Part shown: one piece after another, positions 1 through 9,528 of the stretch
Numbering within the stretch: position 1 is the first letter of the stretch
Layout of the letters: each line of letters opens with the position of its first letter
The notes under the pieces: model-generated
Seen by the model: only the letters and a program-made list of their open reading frames with translations
Told to the model about the DNA's origin: nothing
The model's database searches: none
Assembly: GCA_002432655.1 (NCBI GenBank)
Contig: DJFZ01000006.1
Location: 16,236 to 76,169 of the forward strand
Direction of reading: 5' to 3'
DNA length: 59,934 nt
From: Thiotrichaceae bacterium UBA5859
GTDB lineage: Bacteria; Pseudomonadota; Gammaproteobacteria; UBA5859
Position numbers and translations under genes: made by a program

Positions 1-1
1 G

Positions 2-868
2 CTCGCCTTTACTACCGACACATATGTGGTTAATCCGCTATTTTTTCCTGGTGGCGATATTGGCCAACTAGCGGTATGCGGCACCTTAAACGATCTCGCT
101 ATGGTAGGTGCCAAACCGCTTTTTTTATCTGCTGGTTTCATCTTAGAAGAAGGCTTGGCGATGCGCACCCTGCAACAGATTGTGGACTCTATGGCCTTAA
201 CCGCGAGAGCCCACGGTGTGCAAATCGTCACGGGTGATACCAAGGTTGTGGAAAAAGGCGCAGCCGATCAGATCTATATCAATACCACAGGCATAGGCAT
301 CAAGCAGGTATCTCACAGTATCTCACCCAAAGCCATTCGATGCGGTGATAAAGTGATTCTTACGGGTGATTTGGGCAGACACGGCATGGCGGTGATGTGT
401 CAACGTGAAGGTTTAGAATTTGAGAGCCAGATCCAAAGTGATGTCGCCTGCCTCTATCCGGCTATTGCCACCTTACTTGAACAACAAATAGCAATCCACT
501 GTATGCGGGATCTCACCCGTGGCGGACTGGGCAGCGTGCTCAATGAGTTGAGTCAATCATCTGCACATAGCATTAAGGTGAATGAAAGCGAGATCCCCAT
601 TCACAGCGAAGTGCGAGCCGCTACGGAGCTGTTAGGATTAGATCCACTCTATGTCGCCAACGAAGGTTGTTGTCTGATTGTGGTGCCAGAACACGAAGCA
701 ACGCATACACTCTCGTTATTAAAGGAGGTTGAAGTCAGTGCTCAAGCGAGATGCATCGGCACCGTTTTGCAGACTTCCTCTCGACCACAGGTGATATTGC
801 ACTCAATATATGGTGCTGAGCGTATACTCCCCCATTTGAGTGGCATTCAACTGCCGAGAATTTGTTAG
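2..868 (+). CDS. hypE: Hydrogenase maturation protein HypE (5'-truncated by window edge)
   Basis: The frame is open from nt 2 (LAFTTDTYVVNPLFFPGGDIG). It has GTLNDLAM, GDTKVV, MRDLTRGG and the C-terminal QLPRIC signature. Confidence 0.97.
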   Translation, partial: LAFTTDTYVVNPLFFPGGDIGQLAVCGTLNDLAMVGAKPLFLSAGFILEEGLAMRTLQQIVDSMALTARAHGVQIVTGDTKVVEKGAADQIYINTTGIGIKQVSHSISPKAIRCGDKVILTGDLGRHGMAVMCQREGLEFESQIQSDVACLYPAIATLLEQQIAIHCMRDLTRGGLGSVLNELSQSSAHSIKVNESEIPIHSEVRAATELLGLDPLYVANEGCCLIVVPEHEATHTLSLLKEVEVSAQARCIGTVLQTSSRPQVILHSIYGAERILPHLSGIQLPRIC

Positions 869-995
869 TCATTTTGTTTAACCGTCAATTCTATTTTCCA
901 TCTCATGCAAAAACCGATGTTTAAATTGAACTCAATTGACGTCAAGTAGCCGATATAGCAGACACAGTATGCCATCCTCGGTAAGATAGTTAGCT

Positions 996-1964
996 ATGGA
1001 TCTATTGGTAGCAGACATCGGCGGTACCCACGTACGTTTGGCGAAGGCTAGTTGTCAACAGAAACTTGTTCGACTATCCCATCTGCGCATCTACGACACC
1101 ATAGATTTCCAAGACTTTGAAACCACATTGGCGCACTATCTCGGCCAGCTTGATGGTGCTCAGATAAACGTTGCTGTGTTCGCAGTAGCGGGGCCAGTAA
1201 AGGCGCAGAGTTGTACGCTCACCAACTTAAACTGGACCCTCTATGCTACCGAATTGAAAAGCAGGTTTAACTTTAAAGAATGCACCTTACTTAATGATTT
1301 AGAAGCCATTGCCTGGGGAATTGATGCGTTGACTCCGGAAGAGAGCTTAGTCATTCAAGCAGGTACATCTGCTGTAGAAGGCAATCGTTGTGTGCTCGCA
1401 CCTGGCACCGGTCTTGGCGAAGCGGGACTCATCCTGCATCAGGGAGAATCCATTGCGTTTGCCAGCGAAGGCGGCCACGCAGATTTTGCACCCACAAACG
1501 AAATCGAATGGCGATTGTACCAACACTTAAGAGAAGATCTACAACATGTGAGTTGGGAGCATTTGCTTTCTGGGGCTGGGCTGGAGCGCATCTATCAATT
1601 CTTTGTACGGGAGTCACCATCAGTCAGTGCGCCCTGCAGACGCCCGGCAGCGGAAATCACGCAAGCAGCGACGCAAAATGAATGTGCCCTCTGTGTGGCC
1701 GCCGTTAACCTATTTTCTGAACTGTTGGCAGCGGAAGCGAGCAATCTCGGTCTTAAACTGCTCGCAACGGGGGGGGTGTTTTTGGCAGGCAATATTAGCT
1801 TAAAAATGTTGCCCTTTATTCAACGATCAGAGTTTATCAGCCGTTTTCGGCAAAAAGGCCGAATGTCTCATTTAGTCGATTCTATGCCCCTTTCGATCAT
1901 TCGCAATCAACAGTGTGCACTCTTAGGCGCTGCTTGTTATGCCCAGCGAGCTTCGGCTGCTTAA
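996..1964 (+). CDS. glk: Glucokinase (E. coli Glk family)
   Basis: Motifs ADIGGTH, LTNLNW, LLNDLEA, PGTGLG and SEGGH. Confidence 0.95.
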   Translation: MDLLVADIGGTHVRLAKASCQQKLVRLSHLRIYDTIDFQDFETTLAHYLGQLDGAQINVAVFAVAGPVKAQSCTLTNLNWTLYATELKSRFNFKECTLLNDLEAIAWGIDALTPEESLVIQAGTSAVEGNRCVLAPGTGLGEAGLILHQGESIAFASEGGHADFAPTNEIEWRLYQHLREDLQHVSWEHLLSGAGLERIYQFFVRESPSVSAPCRRPAAEITQAATQNECALCVAAVNLFSELLAAEASNLGLKLLATGGVFLAGNISLKMLPFIQRSEFISRFRQKGRMSHLVDSMPLSIIRNQQCALLGAACYAQRASAA

Positions 1965-1980
1965 GAAGCGATTTGGTGGA

Positions 1981-2733
1981 TCATCGTCCACCTTGGGTGG
2001 TGACAGCTGTTTCCAGCGAAGTGACTTTAGAAGTTAACCATTGATACCACCGTTGCAAATTGTCGCCAGAACGGCAAGATAATTGGAGGCAGTCAATGTT
2101 GGGTTGAATTCTACGGGCGTTATCAATGCACTGGGCGACATCAAAATCCACATAGGGCAACAGATCGATTTTGTTCAGTATTAGCAGATCTGCCTGATGA
2201 AATATATCCGGATATTTAAGAGGCTTAGTATCGCCTTCTGTCACCGATATAATGACCACCCGGTGCTGCTCACCCAAATCAAAATGAGCCGGACAAACCA
2301 GGTTGCCTACATTTTCAATAAATAGCAGTCCCGAATCGGGCAGTGCCAACTGTTCGTAGGCGAGCTGCACCCTGTCGGCCTCTAGATGACAGCCTTTGCC
2401 AGTATTGATTTGCACAACGGGCACGCCGGTCTCTTTGATTCGATCGGCATCTAAGCTGGTTTGCTGGTCACCTTCAATCACCCCTATTGGGTATTCTGTT
2501 TGCAACTGCTTTAACGTTTCTACCAATAGGGTGGTTTTTCCTGATCCCGGGCTGGAAACCAAGTTAATCACCGTATGCTGGTGGTGGCGAAACAGTTGCC
2601 GATTGTGTTCAGCAATATGATTATTGCGTTTCAGAATATCTTGTTCCACCTGTACCAGACGAGCTTGGCTATCAGTGTTGGTGCCTGTTATAGAAGCTAC
2701 TGACTTTGAAGAACAGCCGCATGTGCCACACAT
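1981..2733 (-). CDS. hypB: Hydrogenase nickel incorporation GTPase HypB
   Basis: N-terminal MCGTCGC, P-loop SSPGSGKTT, GKGCHL, ENVGNLVCP and NKID. Confidence 0.97.
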   Translation of the reverse strand: MCGTCGCSSKSVASITGTNTDSQARLVQVEQDILKRNNHIAEHNRQLFRHHQHTVINLVSSPGSGKTTLLVETLKQLQTEYPIGVIEGDQQTSLDADRIKETGVPVVQINTGKGCHLEADRVQLAYEQLALPDSGLLFIENVGNLVCPAHFDLGEQHRVVIISVTEGDTKPLKYPDIFHQADLLILNKIDLLPYVDFDVAQCIDNARRIQPNIDCLQLSCRSGDNLQRWYQWLTSKVTSLETAVTTQGGR

Positions 2734-2761
2734 ATCAAGTTCTCTTTAAGAGCTAAACAGC

Positions 2762-3103
2762 CTAAATCAATTCTACAGATTGTAGTTTAAATTCACGCCC
2801 GCTGGTAATTTGGATCTCATAATGGCCACATTTTGGACAAATCGTATAATAGTCTTGCAAATTTAACCGGTGATGGCACTGAACACAGGTTCCACGCCCT
2901 GTTTTTTCAATAATCTTCACTGCCGCTCTTGCAGCGATACCCCCGGATAAAGCGGACTCTAAACAAAATAGTAAAGATTCTGTCTCCACCCCAGAAAGCT
3001 GACCAATTTCTAATGTGAATTCCGTTACCTGTTTTGCATTATGTTGGCGAGCGGTATTTTCTATTAAATCCGATAACTCGCAGGCGAGTGACATCTCATG
3101 CAT
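2762..3103 (-). CDS. hypA: Hydrogenase nickel metallochaperone HypA
   Basis: MHEMS N-terminus and two CxxC motifs (CVQC, CPKC). Confidence 0.97.
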   Translation of the reverse strand: MHEMSLACELSDLIENTARQHNAKQVTEFTLEIGQLSGVETESLLFCLESALSGGIAARAAVKIIEKTGRGTCVQCHHRLNLQDYYTICPKCGHYEIQITSGREFKLQSVELI

Positions 3104-3602
3104 GCAGAAGAGTCTCCCGTTGATGCCAATGGGAGAAAGAACAGTCAGTAAATAAGAGATCTAGAAATTCTAACGCCTGCTGCATGTTCTGTTTGCTCTC
3201 AGCGCTCATGGCAGCACCCAAACTATATTCATAACCGCGGATCTGTAAAAAAAATGCGGGTACAAATTTGTCAAAACTGCTTTTTGTAATATAGATGAGC
3301 TGCTCAGGAGATAATTGATGAGTGGTGAATGATATGCACTCATTCGCTTCTATCGGTAAGAATTCGTAAGGTGCTGCACAAGTCCTACTGGCGTCCACAA
3401 ACAGACAGAGCGTGGCATCCAGTAAATCTAAAGCGTGTTCATAGTTGAGTTGCTGATCATAAACCAAGCGAATTGGCCACTGTTGGCAACGCAACCGTGG
3501 ATGTTTTTGTAACGCCTGATAAATCTCCTCACCGAGAGCATCGTCCCCTCGGCTACTGTTACCCCAACAGAAAACTGTCAGTTTTTGGTTTAGATTTTCC
3601 AT
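3096..3602 (-). CDS. hoxW: Hydrogenase maturation protease (HoxW-type)
   Basis: GNSSRGDDALG, FVDAS and TTHQLSP motifs. Located downstream of hoxH. Confidence 0.88.
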   Translation of the reverse strand: MENLNQKLTVFCWGNSSRGDDALGEEIYQALQKHPRLRCQQWPIRLVYDQQLNYEHALDLLDATLCLFVDASRTCAAPYEFLPIEANECISFTTHQLSPEQLIYITKSSFDKFVPAFFLQIRGYEYSLGAAMSAESKQNMQQALEFLDLLFTDCSFSHWHQRETLLHA

Positions 3603-3752
3603 AGGCAGAGCGCACCGAAAGATGCTGAACTCGAGTGGATCATCTATTCACACGCCATGCAAAACAATCTGCCATTAGCCAATAACCAACTGGGCTAATT
3701 GGTGCCGCAAGGTGTTTTTAGTGAACTGCACGGCAAACGCTCATCAACTATG

Positions 3753-4610
3753 TCACGGTTTGTGTGCGAGAAAAATGCCATAACTCCAGAGTCCCTTTTC
3801 CAAGGCTGGATACTGACAATGCACCGCTCGTACATTACCTTCTTGGCGGTCGCTGCGCCCTTCTGTGAGCATTTTGCCCCCCGCTTTCACGAGCACTGAA
3901 TATTGATAAAGCTCTTTCGCTGACCGTCGAACGTTTTCGGTGGCGTTTTGGTAGTCTATACCTTCGAAGCCAGCTCGCTCTAATCCTTGGTGAAACTGCG
4001 GCGTAAAAGCCAGCGCCTTCACACTCCAGCCGGACACCCAATCATGCATCAGCTTTTGCTCTTCCTCATTGAACTGCTCTTTGGTGGCAAAGAAGTCTGC
4101 GAGTATGAGTCGCCCGCCTGGTTTTAAAATACGAAAGGCTTCATTGATGAAGTCCTGTTTATCCTCTGCATGGCACACAGACTCCACGGCCCAAACTACG
4201 TCGAAACTGCCGCCCTCAAAGTTAGTCGCTGTGTAGTCACCGATTTCAAATTGCGTCTTATCCGCCGCACCGCGTTTTTCTGCATTCTTGATACATTCCT
4301 GCACCTGGTGCGCACTCAAGGTGATCCCGGTGACGGTGCTGCCAATCTCATTCGCTAACCAGATGGCGCTGCCACCGACACCACAACCGGCATCCAGTAC
4401 GATATCTGACTCAGTAATTTTTGCTCGTTCAGCCAATATCTGGTTTTCACGGATGAGTGCCTCAGAGACACGCTCGGTAGTTTCATCCCAATATCCATAG
4501 TGCATGGCCAAACAGCGATCCAGACGCCACAGCACTTTGTAATCCATCTCACAATTATCATAATAGTCTACTATCTCATCCCGGTATGAAGGATCTGTAC
4601 TTGCAGTCAT
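3753..4610 (-). CDS. Class I SAM-dependent methyltransferase (gamma-tocopherol/sterol C-methyltransferase-like)
   Basis: MHYGYW, VLDAGCGVGG, GITLS, FDVVWAVES and LKPGGRL motifs. Substrate unknown. Confidence 0.85.
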   Translation of the reverse strand: MTASTDPSYRDEIVDYYDNCEMDYKVLWRLDRCLAMHYGYWDETTERVSEALIRENQILAERAKITESDIVLDAGCGVGGSAIWLANEIGSTVTGITLSAHQVQECIKNAEKRGAADKTQFEIGDYTATNFEGGSFDVVWAVESVCHAEDKQDFINEAFRILKPGGRLILADFFATKEQFNEEEQKLMHDWVSGWSVKALAFTPQFHQGLERAGFEGIDYQNATENVRRSAKELYQYSVLVKAGGKMLTEGRSDRQEGNVRAVHCQYPALEKGLWSYGIFLAHKP

Positions 4611-4820
4611 AATTATCTTTCTAAAACACTCTACATCAATTGTTAGAATTCATTGTAGCGAATTACCGCATCATTCGGCGGCACTCCCATTGTCGCATTT
4701 ACTGCCAGAGAGATCAGCCATTTGTCTGTTTTAGAGTGCATTGGTAGTCGCTTGGTTGTTCATTGCCATATTCTACTACTGGGATCAAATGCTTTATCCT
4801 CTAGATCTCTACCCAGATAC

Positions 4821-6266
4821 TCAATAGGCTGATTTTATTGTGCTATCCAATAGCGTTCCTTGACAATCCACTAACCGCACCTCTAGTGGCATATTACCCA
4901 CCGCGTGGGTGGCGCAGGAGAGACAGGGATCATAGGCTCGGATGGCCACTTCTATTTGGTTTAACGCACCCTCTGTCAATGCTTTTCCCTCTACGCATTG
5001 CTCTGCGGCAACTTTCACACTGTTGTTCATTGCCTGATTATTATGAGTGGTGGAGACAATTAGATTTGCCTTCGTAATTAAACCTTCATCATCAATTTGA
5101 TAATGATGGAATAATAGACCTCGTGGCGCTTCAATGACGCCGATCCCTTCAGAGCAGAGTTCACCTTCAACGCGCAAATCACGACCTACAATAGTCGGTA
5201 ACTCTAATGTGCTCTTAATCATTTCAGCACAATGTAGCAACTCGATCATCCTTGCCCAATGAAAAGCTAATGGTGGCTGCGCCACGCCATTATGCAACTT
5301 TACAAACTGTTGTCGTGCCACTTCCGCCAGAGGAGTGCTGATATAATCGCATAAGTTGATCCTCGCCAGCGGTCCTACGCGATACCAGCCCAATTCTGCA
5401 CCCAAAGAAGTCAAGTAGGGAAATTTCATATAGGACCAACTGCGCACCTCTTCAGAAATATAATCATAGTAGGATTGTGGATTTAAACCATCAAATAACA
5501 GACCGCCGTGTTCGTCTTTAACGCGAATGCTGCCCTCATATAACTCCAAGGCACCCGAGGGCGCAACTAACCCCGCAAACTTTGAGTCGATGGCAGCGAA
5601 CTGCTGATGATAGTCTAAATTCTGTTGATAAAGAGTGGCCGCTAACAAAACAGACTTTTCTGCCCGTCGAATCATCTCATCACACTGACCTAACAACAGA
5701 TCACGATCTGCTATCTGCAGCGGGCTGTTCATGCCGCCAGGTATGGCTGCGATGCCGTGGATTCTCTTACCCGATATTTTTTCAATTATCTGTTGGCCAA
5801 ATTTACGTAGTAAAATGCCATCTCGTGCGATCTCTGCTTTGTCCTGGATGACCTGAAGAATATTTCGTCGCGCCGCATCGGAGGTAAAACCAAACAGTAA
5901 ATCTGGTGAGGCGAGGTGAAAAAAGTGGGTGGCGTGTGATTGTAACACCTGACCATAATGTAACAGACGACGCAACAATTCTGCTGTGGGTGTGAGCTGC
6001 CTGACGCCAACCAGTTGATCCACCGCTTTACCGGCGGCCAAATGGTGGCTGACAGGACAGATCCCGCACAGGCGCTGAACGATCATTGGCACCTCCCAAT
6101 AGGGACGGCCTTCGATAAATTTTTCGAAGCCACGAAACTCCACAATGTGCAGGCGCGCCTCCACAAGACGATCCTCTTCATTCAACAACAAAGTCACCTT
6201 GCCGTGCCCTTCTACACGCGTGACCGGATCGATGACTACTTTTTTTCTGTTGCCTTGCTCAGTCAT
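4821..6266 (-). CDS. hoxH: NAD-reducing [NiFe]-hydrogenase large subunit (group 3d)
   Basis: TRVEGH, L1 RLCGICPVSH, EAPRG, L2 DPCLSCATH and a C-terminal cleavable extension. Confidence 0.96.
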   Translation of the reverse strand: MTEQGNRKKVVIDPVTRVEGHGKVTLLLNEEDRLVEARLHIVEFRGFEKFIEGRPYWEVPMIVQRLCGICPVSHHLAAGKAVDQLVGVRQLTPTAELLRRLLHYGQVLQSHATHFFHLASPDLLFGFTSDAARRNILQVIQDKAEIARDGILLRKFGQQIIEKISGKRIHGIAAIPGGMNSPLQIADRDLLLGQCDEMIRRAEKSVLLAATLYQQNLDYHQQFAAIDSKFAGLVAPSGALELYEGSIRVKDEHGGLLFDGLNPQSYYDYISEEVRSWSYMKFPYLTSLGAELGWYRVGPLARINLCDYISTPLAEVARQQFVKLHNGVAQPPLAFHWARMIELLHCAEMIKSTLELPTIVGRDLRVEGELCSEGIGVIEAPRGLLFHHYQIDDEGLITKANLIVSTTHNNQAMNNSVKVAAEQCVEGKALTEGALNQIEVAIRAYDPCLSCATHAVGNMPLEVRLVDCQGTLLDSTIKSAY

Positions 6267-6272
6267 ATTGGA

Positions 6273-6815
6273 TTAATCAAAGTGCCTGTTAACATAGTTT
6301 AGATCCGGCTCCCGCCCATCGTGCAAGGCAGAAATGAGTTGAAAAAATGCGTCCGCAGGTGGTGGACAACCCGGTAGAGAGTAGTCCACCTTCACCCATT
6401 CCTGTAATGGATAGACCTTATCAGTTAACAGCGGCAATTCAGCATCTGAGGGGATTTGCGGTTGAGTCACATTTAATCCATGCAGATACACAGCTTCTAA
6501 ACAGTCTGCAACCGAATAACGGTTACGTAAAGCAGGCACACCTCCATTGATAGCACATGCGCCTACCGCCACTAAGATCTTACATTGCTCCCTAAACTCT
6601 AGTAGCAGATGGATATTCTCCTCGTTGCACAGTCCACCCTCTATCAAACCGATATCACACCTGCTTTGACTCCGAGTATCTACTAACGGAGAACGCACTA
6701 ACTCAACTAAATCTGCTAACTCTAGCCAGCGCTCATCCATATCTAACAAAGACATGTGGCAACCGAAACAACCCGCCAAAGACGAAGTGAGAATCTTGAG
6801 TTTAGCTTTGCTCAT
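6273..6815 (-). CDS. hoxY: Hydrogenase small subunit HoxY
   Basis: GCFGCHMS, EGG, GACAINGG and PGCPP. Short single-cluster small subunit. Confidence 0.95.
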   Translation of the reverse strand: MSKAKLKILTSSLAGCFGCHMSLLDMDERWLELADLVELVRSPLVDTRSQSRCDIGLIEGGLCNEENIHLLLEFREQCKILVAVGACAINGGVPALRNRYSVADCLEAVYLHGLNVTQPQIPSDAELPLLTDKVYPLQEWVKVDYSLPGCPPPADAFFQLISALHDGREPDLNYVNRHFD

Positions 6816-6823
6816 AATAGTGT

Positions 6824-7522
6824 TTAGGCTTTAAACTCTAATTTGGAAATCGGCGTTTTATCATAGGTTCGTTCGCCAGATCTACGACTGTATATCGACT
6901 GTTTTTTCATCAACGCGCCCACCGGACAAACGGCTACTGCTTCATCTGCCGCACTGATGTTTGTCTCACCCAATTGACCACTGCTGGAATTCACCAATAG
7001 TTGCGTCGCAGTGCCTCTTCCGCCGAGGGTAAAGAGATGTTTGTTATCCTGTTCCGCGCTGGCCTGTACACAAAGACCACATAAAATGCAACGATCCCGA
7101 TCGAGCCATACTTCCGCATGCGAGGTATCTAACGAGCGATGAGGATAGAGATGTTGAAAGTGATCTTCTTGCATGTTGAGCTCGTAGGCTGTGGCTTGCA
7201 GATCACATTCACCGCTCTTTTCACAATAGGGACAATAATGATTGCCCTCGACAAATAGCATTTGCACAATTTGCTTGCGATGCGCGTCTACTTCTAGCGT
7301 TCGGTTGTCGATAACTTGCCCTTCCGCAGCCAATGTGGTGCAGGCCGATGCCCAACGCCCATTTACCTTCACCATGCACACACGACAACTACCAATGGCA
7401 TGATAGCCAGGTTGATAGCATAAATGAGGAATATAGATCCCAGACTCTCTAGCTGCTTGAATGAGGGTTTGACCGGGCCGATAAGTGACCACTTCGCCGT
7501 CGATTATTATCTGCTTATTCAT
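6824..7522 (-). CDS. hoxU: Diaphorase Fe-S subunit HoxU
   Basis: IPHLC...GSCRVC, HYCPYCEKSGEC, CILCGLC and CPVGA (NuoG N-terminal-like). Confidence 0.94.
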   Translation of the reverse strand: MNKQIIIDGEVVTYRPGQTLIQAARESGIYIPHLCYQPGYHAIGSCRVCMVKVNGRWASACTTLAAEGQVIDNRTLEVDAHRKQIVQMLFVEGNHYCPYCEKSGECDLQATAYELNMQEDHFQHLYPHRSLDTSHAEVWLDRDRCILCGLCVQASAEQDNKHLFTLGGRGTATQLLVNSSSGQLGETNISAADEAVAVCPVGALMKKQSIYSRRSGERTYDKTPISKLEFKA

Positions 7523-7523
7523 G

Positions 7524-9221
7524 CTATGACTTTCTTAGCTGTACGGCGGGTTGCAGTGCCTGCACCAGACGTGCTTCGTTATCATCGCCGATGGTGTTCA
7601 ATAGCTGCTCGACTGTCTCGGGAAAATCATGTAACAAATTTAGAATCGAGTTACCGGCCGATTGGCCTAAACCACAATGGCTGCTGTTCTGCATGAGTCT
7701 GACAGACTCTTCTAATAGCTGGATTTCATGCTGTCTAAGCTGTTTCAAATGAAGCCGTGTGAGCATGCGCTGGTTTAAGGCGGTTCCTACACGACAGGGC
7801 GTACAAAAACCGCAGCTTTCGAAGGCGAAGAAGTTGGTGAAATTGTTCACCACTTCGATTAATGAACGTCGATGATTAAAAATCATTAGTGAACCACTAC
7901 CACCCAAAGCTTCGTAGCCTAAGGTTAAATGAAATGATTGCGGACCAAGCAACTGACCGGAAGGGCCACCGATCTGCACGGCCTGTACCTCATCCGCACC
8001 GCAATCACTCAGTATCTGCTCCACCGTCTCGCCAAAGGCGTATTCGTACACACCTGGCCGTTGGCAGTCGCCGCTAATACTCAGTAATTGTGTCCCTTTT
8101 GATTGTGTCGTACCAAGCTGTAGAAAGGAGTCACTGCCTTTGCTGATGATAGCTGCGGCATGAATAAAGGTTTCGACATTGTTCACCACTGTCGGTTGAC
8201 GGAGATATCCTGAAATGGTGGGGAAAGGCGGTCGAATACGCGGGATACCGCGCTTGCCTTCTAAAGATTCCAACAGTGCGCTCTCTTCCCCACAGATATA
8301 GGCACCTGCGCCTAGTACGATCTGAATATCAAATTCGAATCCTAATCTCTCTTTTAGAGCAGCTCCAAGCCATCCCGTGTCTCGTCTAACCTGCAGAGAA
8401 GTTTCTAATTGGGGCAACAGATATGCGTATTCTGCTCGCAAATATAAGAACCCTTTGCTGGCGCCCACTGTAGCAGCACATAGAGTCATTCCCTCCCATA
8501 ACCAATCGCTGTGTTCGCTTAACATCACGCGATCTTTAAAGGTACCCGGTTCCCCTTCATCGGCATTACAGATCACATATTTTTCACCGCTGTGCTGCTC
8601 CTCACAGGAACGCCACTTTAACGCAGTGGCAAAACCGGCGCCGCCACGGCCCCTTAACTGAGATGCCTGCAACTCTTGTAATATGGTTGCGCTACCTTTC
8701 GTCTGCCAAGAGAGCAAGGACTCACCTGGCGGCAGGCTCATATTTAATAGCCAACTGCGACGACAAATGCGAGTACGTACCTGAAATAAGTGTGCAGGCC
8801 AGTGGTCTAACGGTCGGCCTAATGCCACGAGTTCGGCAACTTCTTCAATTGATTGGGGATTAAGAGCAGGCAGCGGGCGACCATTCACCAACGCCGCTGG
8901 TGCGTGATCTGCTAAACCAATACATGAGGTCTCATCCAGACAAACCCGCGAAGGATCCTGCTGTATAATAGAGTTTAGCCGTTCACCGAGCTGTAACACC
9001 AGCAAGTCTGAATGAGCCATTTTATCAATGATGTTATTACTGAAATAGAAGTGGTAGTCAGCATTTTTTTTATCTGACAAAAAATGGTAAAAATCTATGA
9101 TTGCCCTAACCTCGGAGACAGGCACCGAATACTCATTGGCGATGCTAACAATCACTGATGGCTCGATACCGCCAAATTCGTTTTGTATCGACACCAGTTT
9201 TTGTAGAAGATTTGTGGACAC
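7524..9221 (-). CDS. hoxF: Diaphorase flavoprotein HoxF (NuoE-like N-terminus fused to NuoF)
   Basis: GRGGAGF, NADEGEPGTFKDR, GAYICGEE and ESCGFCTPC...CGLG. GTG start. Confidence 0.94.
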   Translation of the reverse strand: MSTNLLQKLVSIQNEFGGIEPSVIVSIANEYSVPVSEVRAIIDFYHFLSDKKNADYHFYFSNNIIDKMAHSDLLVLQLGERLNSIIQQDPSRVCLDETSCIGLADHAPAALVNGRPLPALNPQSIEEVAELVALGRPLDHWPAHLFQVRTRICRRSWLLNMSLPPGESLLSWQTKGSATILQELQASQLRGRGGAGFATALKWRSCEEQHSGEKYVICNADEGEPGTFKDRVMLSEHSDWLWEGMTLCAATVGASKGFLYLRAEYAYLLPQLETSLQVRRDTGWLGAALKERLGFEFDIQIVLGAGAYICGEESALLESLEGKRGIPRIRPPFPTISGYLRQPTVVNNVETFIHAAAIISKGSDSFLQLGTTQSKGTQLLSISGDCQRPGVYEYAFGETVEQILSDCGADEVQAVQIGGPSGQLLGPQSFHLTLGYEALGGSGSLMIFNHRRSLIEVVNNFTNFFAFESCGFCTPCRVGTALNQRMLTRLHLKQLRQHEIQLLEESVRLMQNSSHCGLGQSAGNSILNLLHDFPETVEQLLNTIGDDNEARLVQALQPAVQLRKS

Positions 9222-9474
9222 AATTACGTCATATTCAGCCCATCAGCAACAACACTAAATTAGTCACTAGGATTGGCGTTTGGTTTGTATAATGAAAACT
9301 TTCTGTTCGCTCGTTTTCATTGTACCCTGCGATAGCGACAGCGGAAAGTCCTGTTCAATTGAAGCAAATTAAAGTTAAATAGGACAGTTCTTGTGGAGTT
9401 CAAATTGTTCGACTGGAACCGCTCTATGTCCGCTACCGACAACAGAATCCAGGATCCCCAAAACATCATTGAAT

Positions 9475-9491
9475 TTGGCACTAGATCTGCA
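9475..9491 (+). promoter_or_regulatory. Putative sigma-54 (-24/-12) promoter for glgP
   Basis: TTGGCACTAGATCTGCA has exact GG-N10-GC spacing with a TGGCAC core and ends 37 nt before the glgP ATG. Confidence 0.65.
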
Positions 9492-9528
9492 TTACCTGTA
9501 ATGAGCCCTTCTACCTTGCGATAAAATT

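Noticed and set aside
3658-3675. Minus-strand TGGCAGATTGTTTTGCA upstream of hoxW
   Set aside because: The spacing is GG-N11-GC, one base off the sigma-54 requirement.
9359-9372. TTGAA-GCAA-ATTAA FNR-like site in the hoxF/glgP spacer
   Set aside because: Two mismatches in AT-rich DNA, so it is not distinguishable from chance without a PWM scan.
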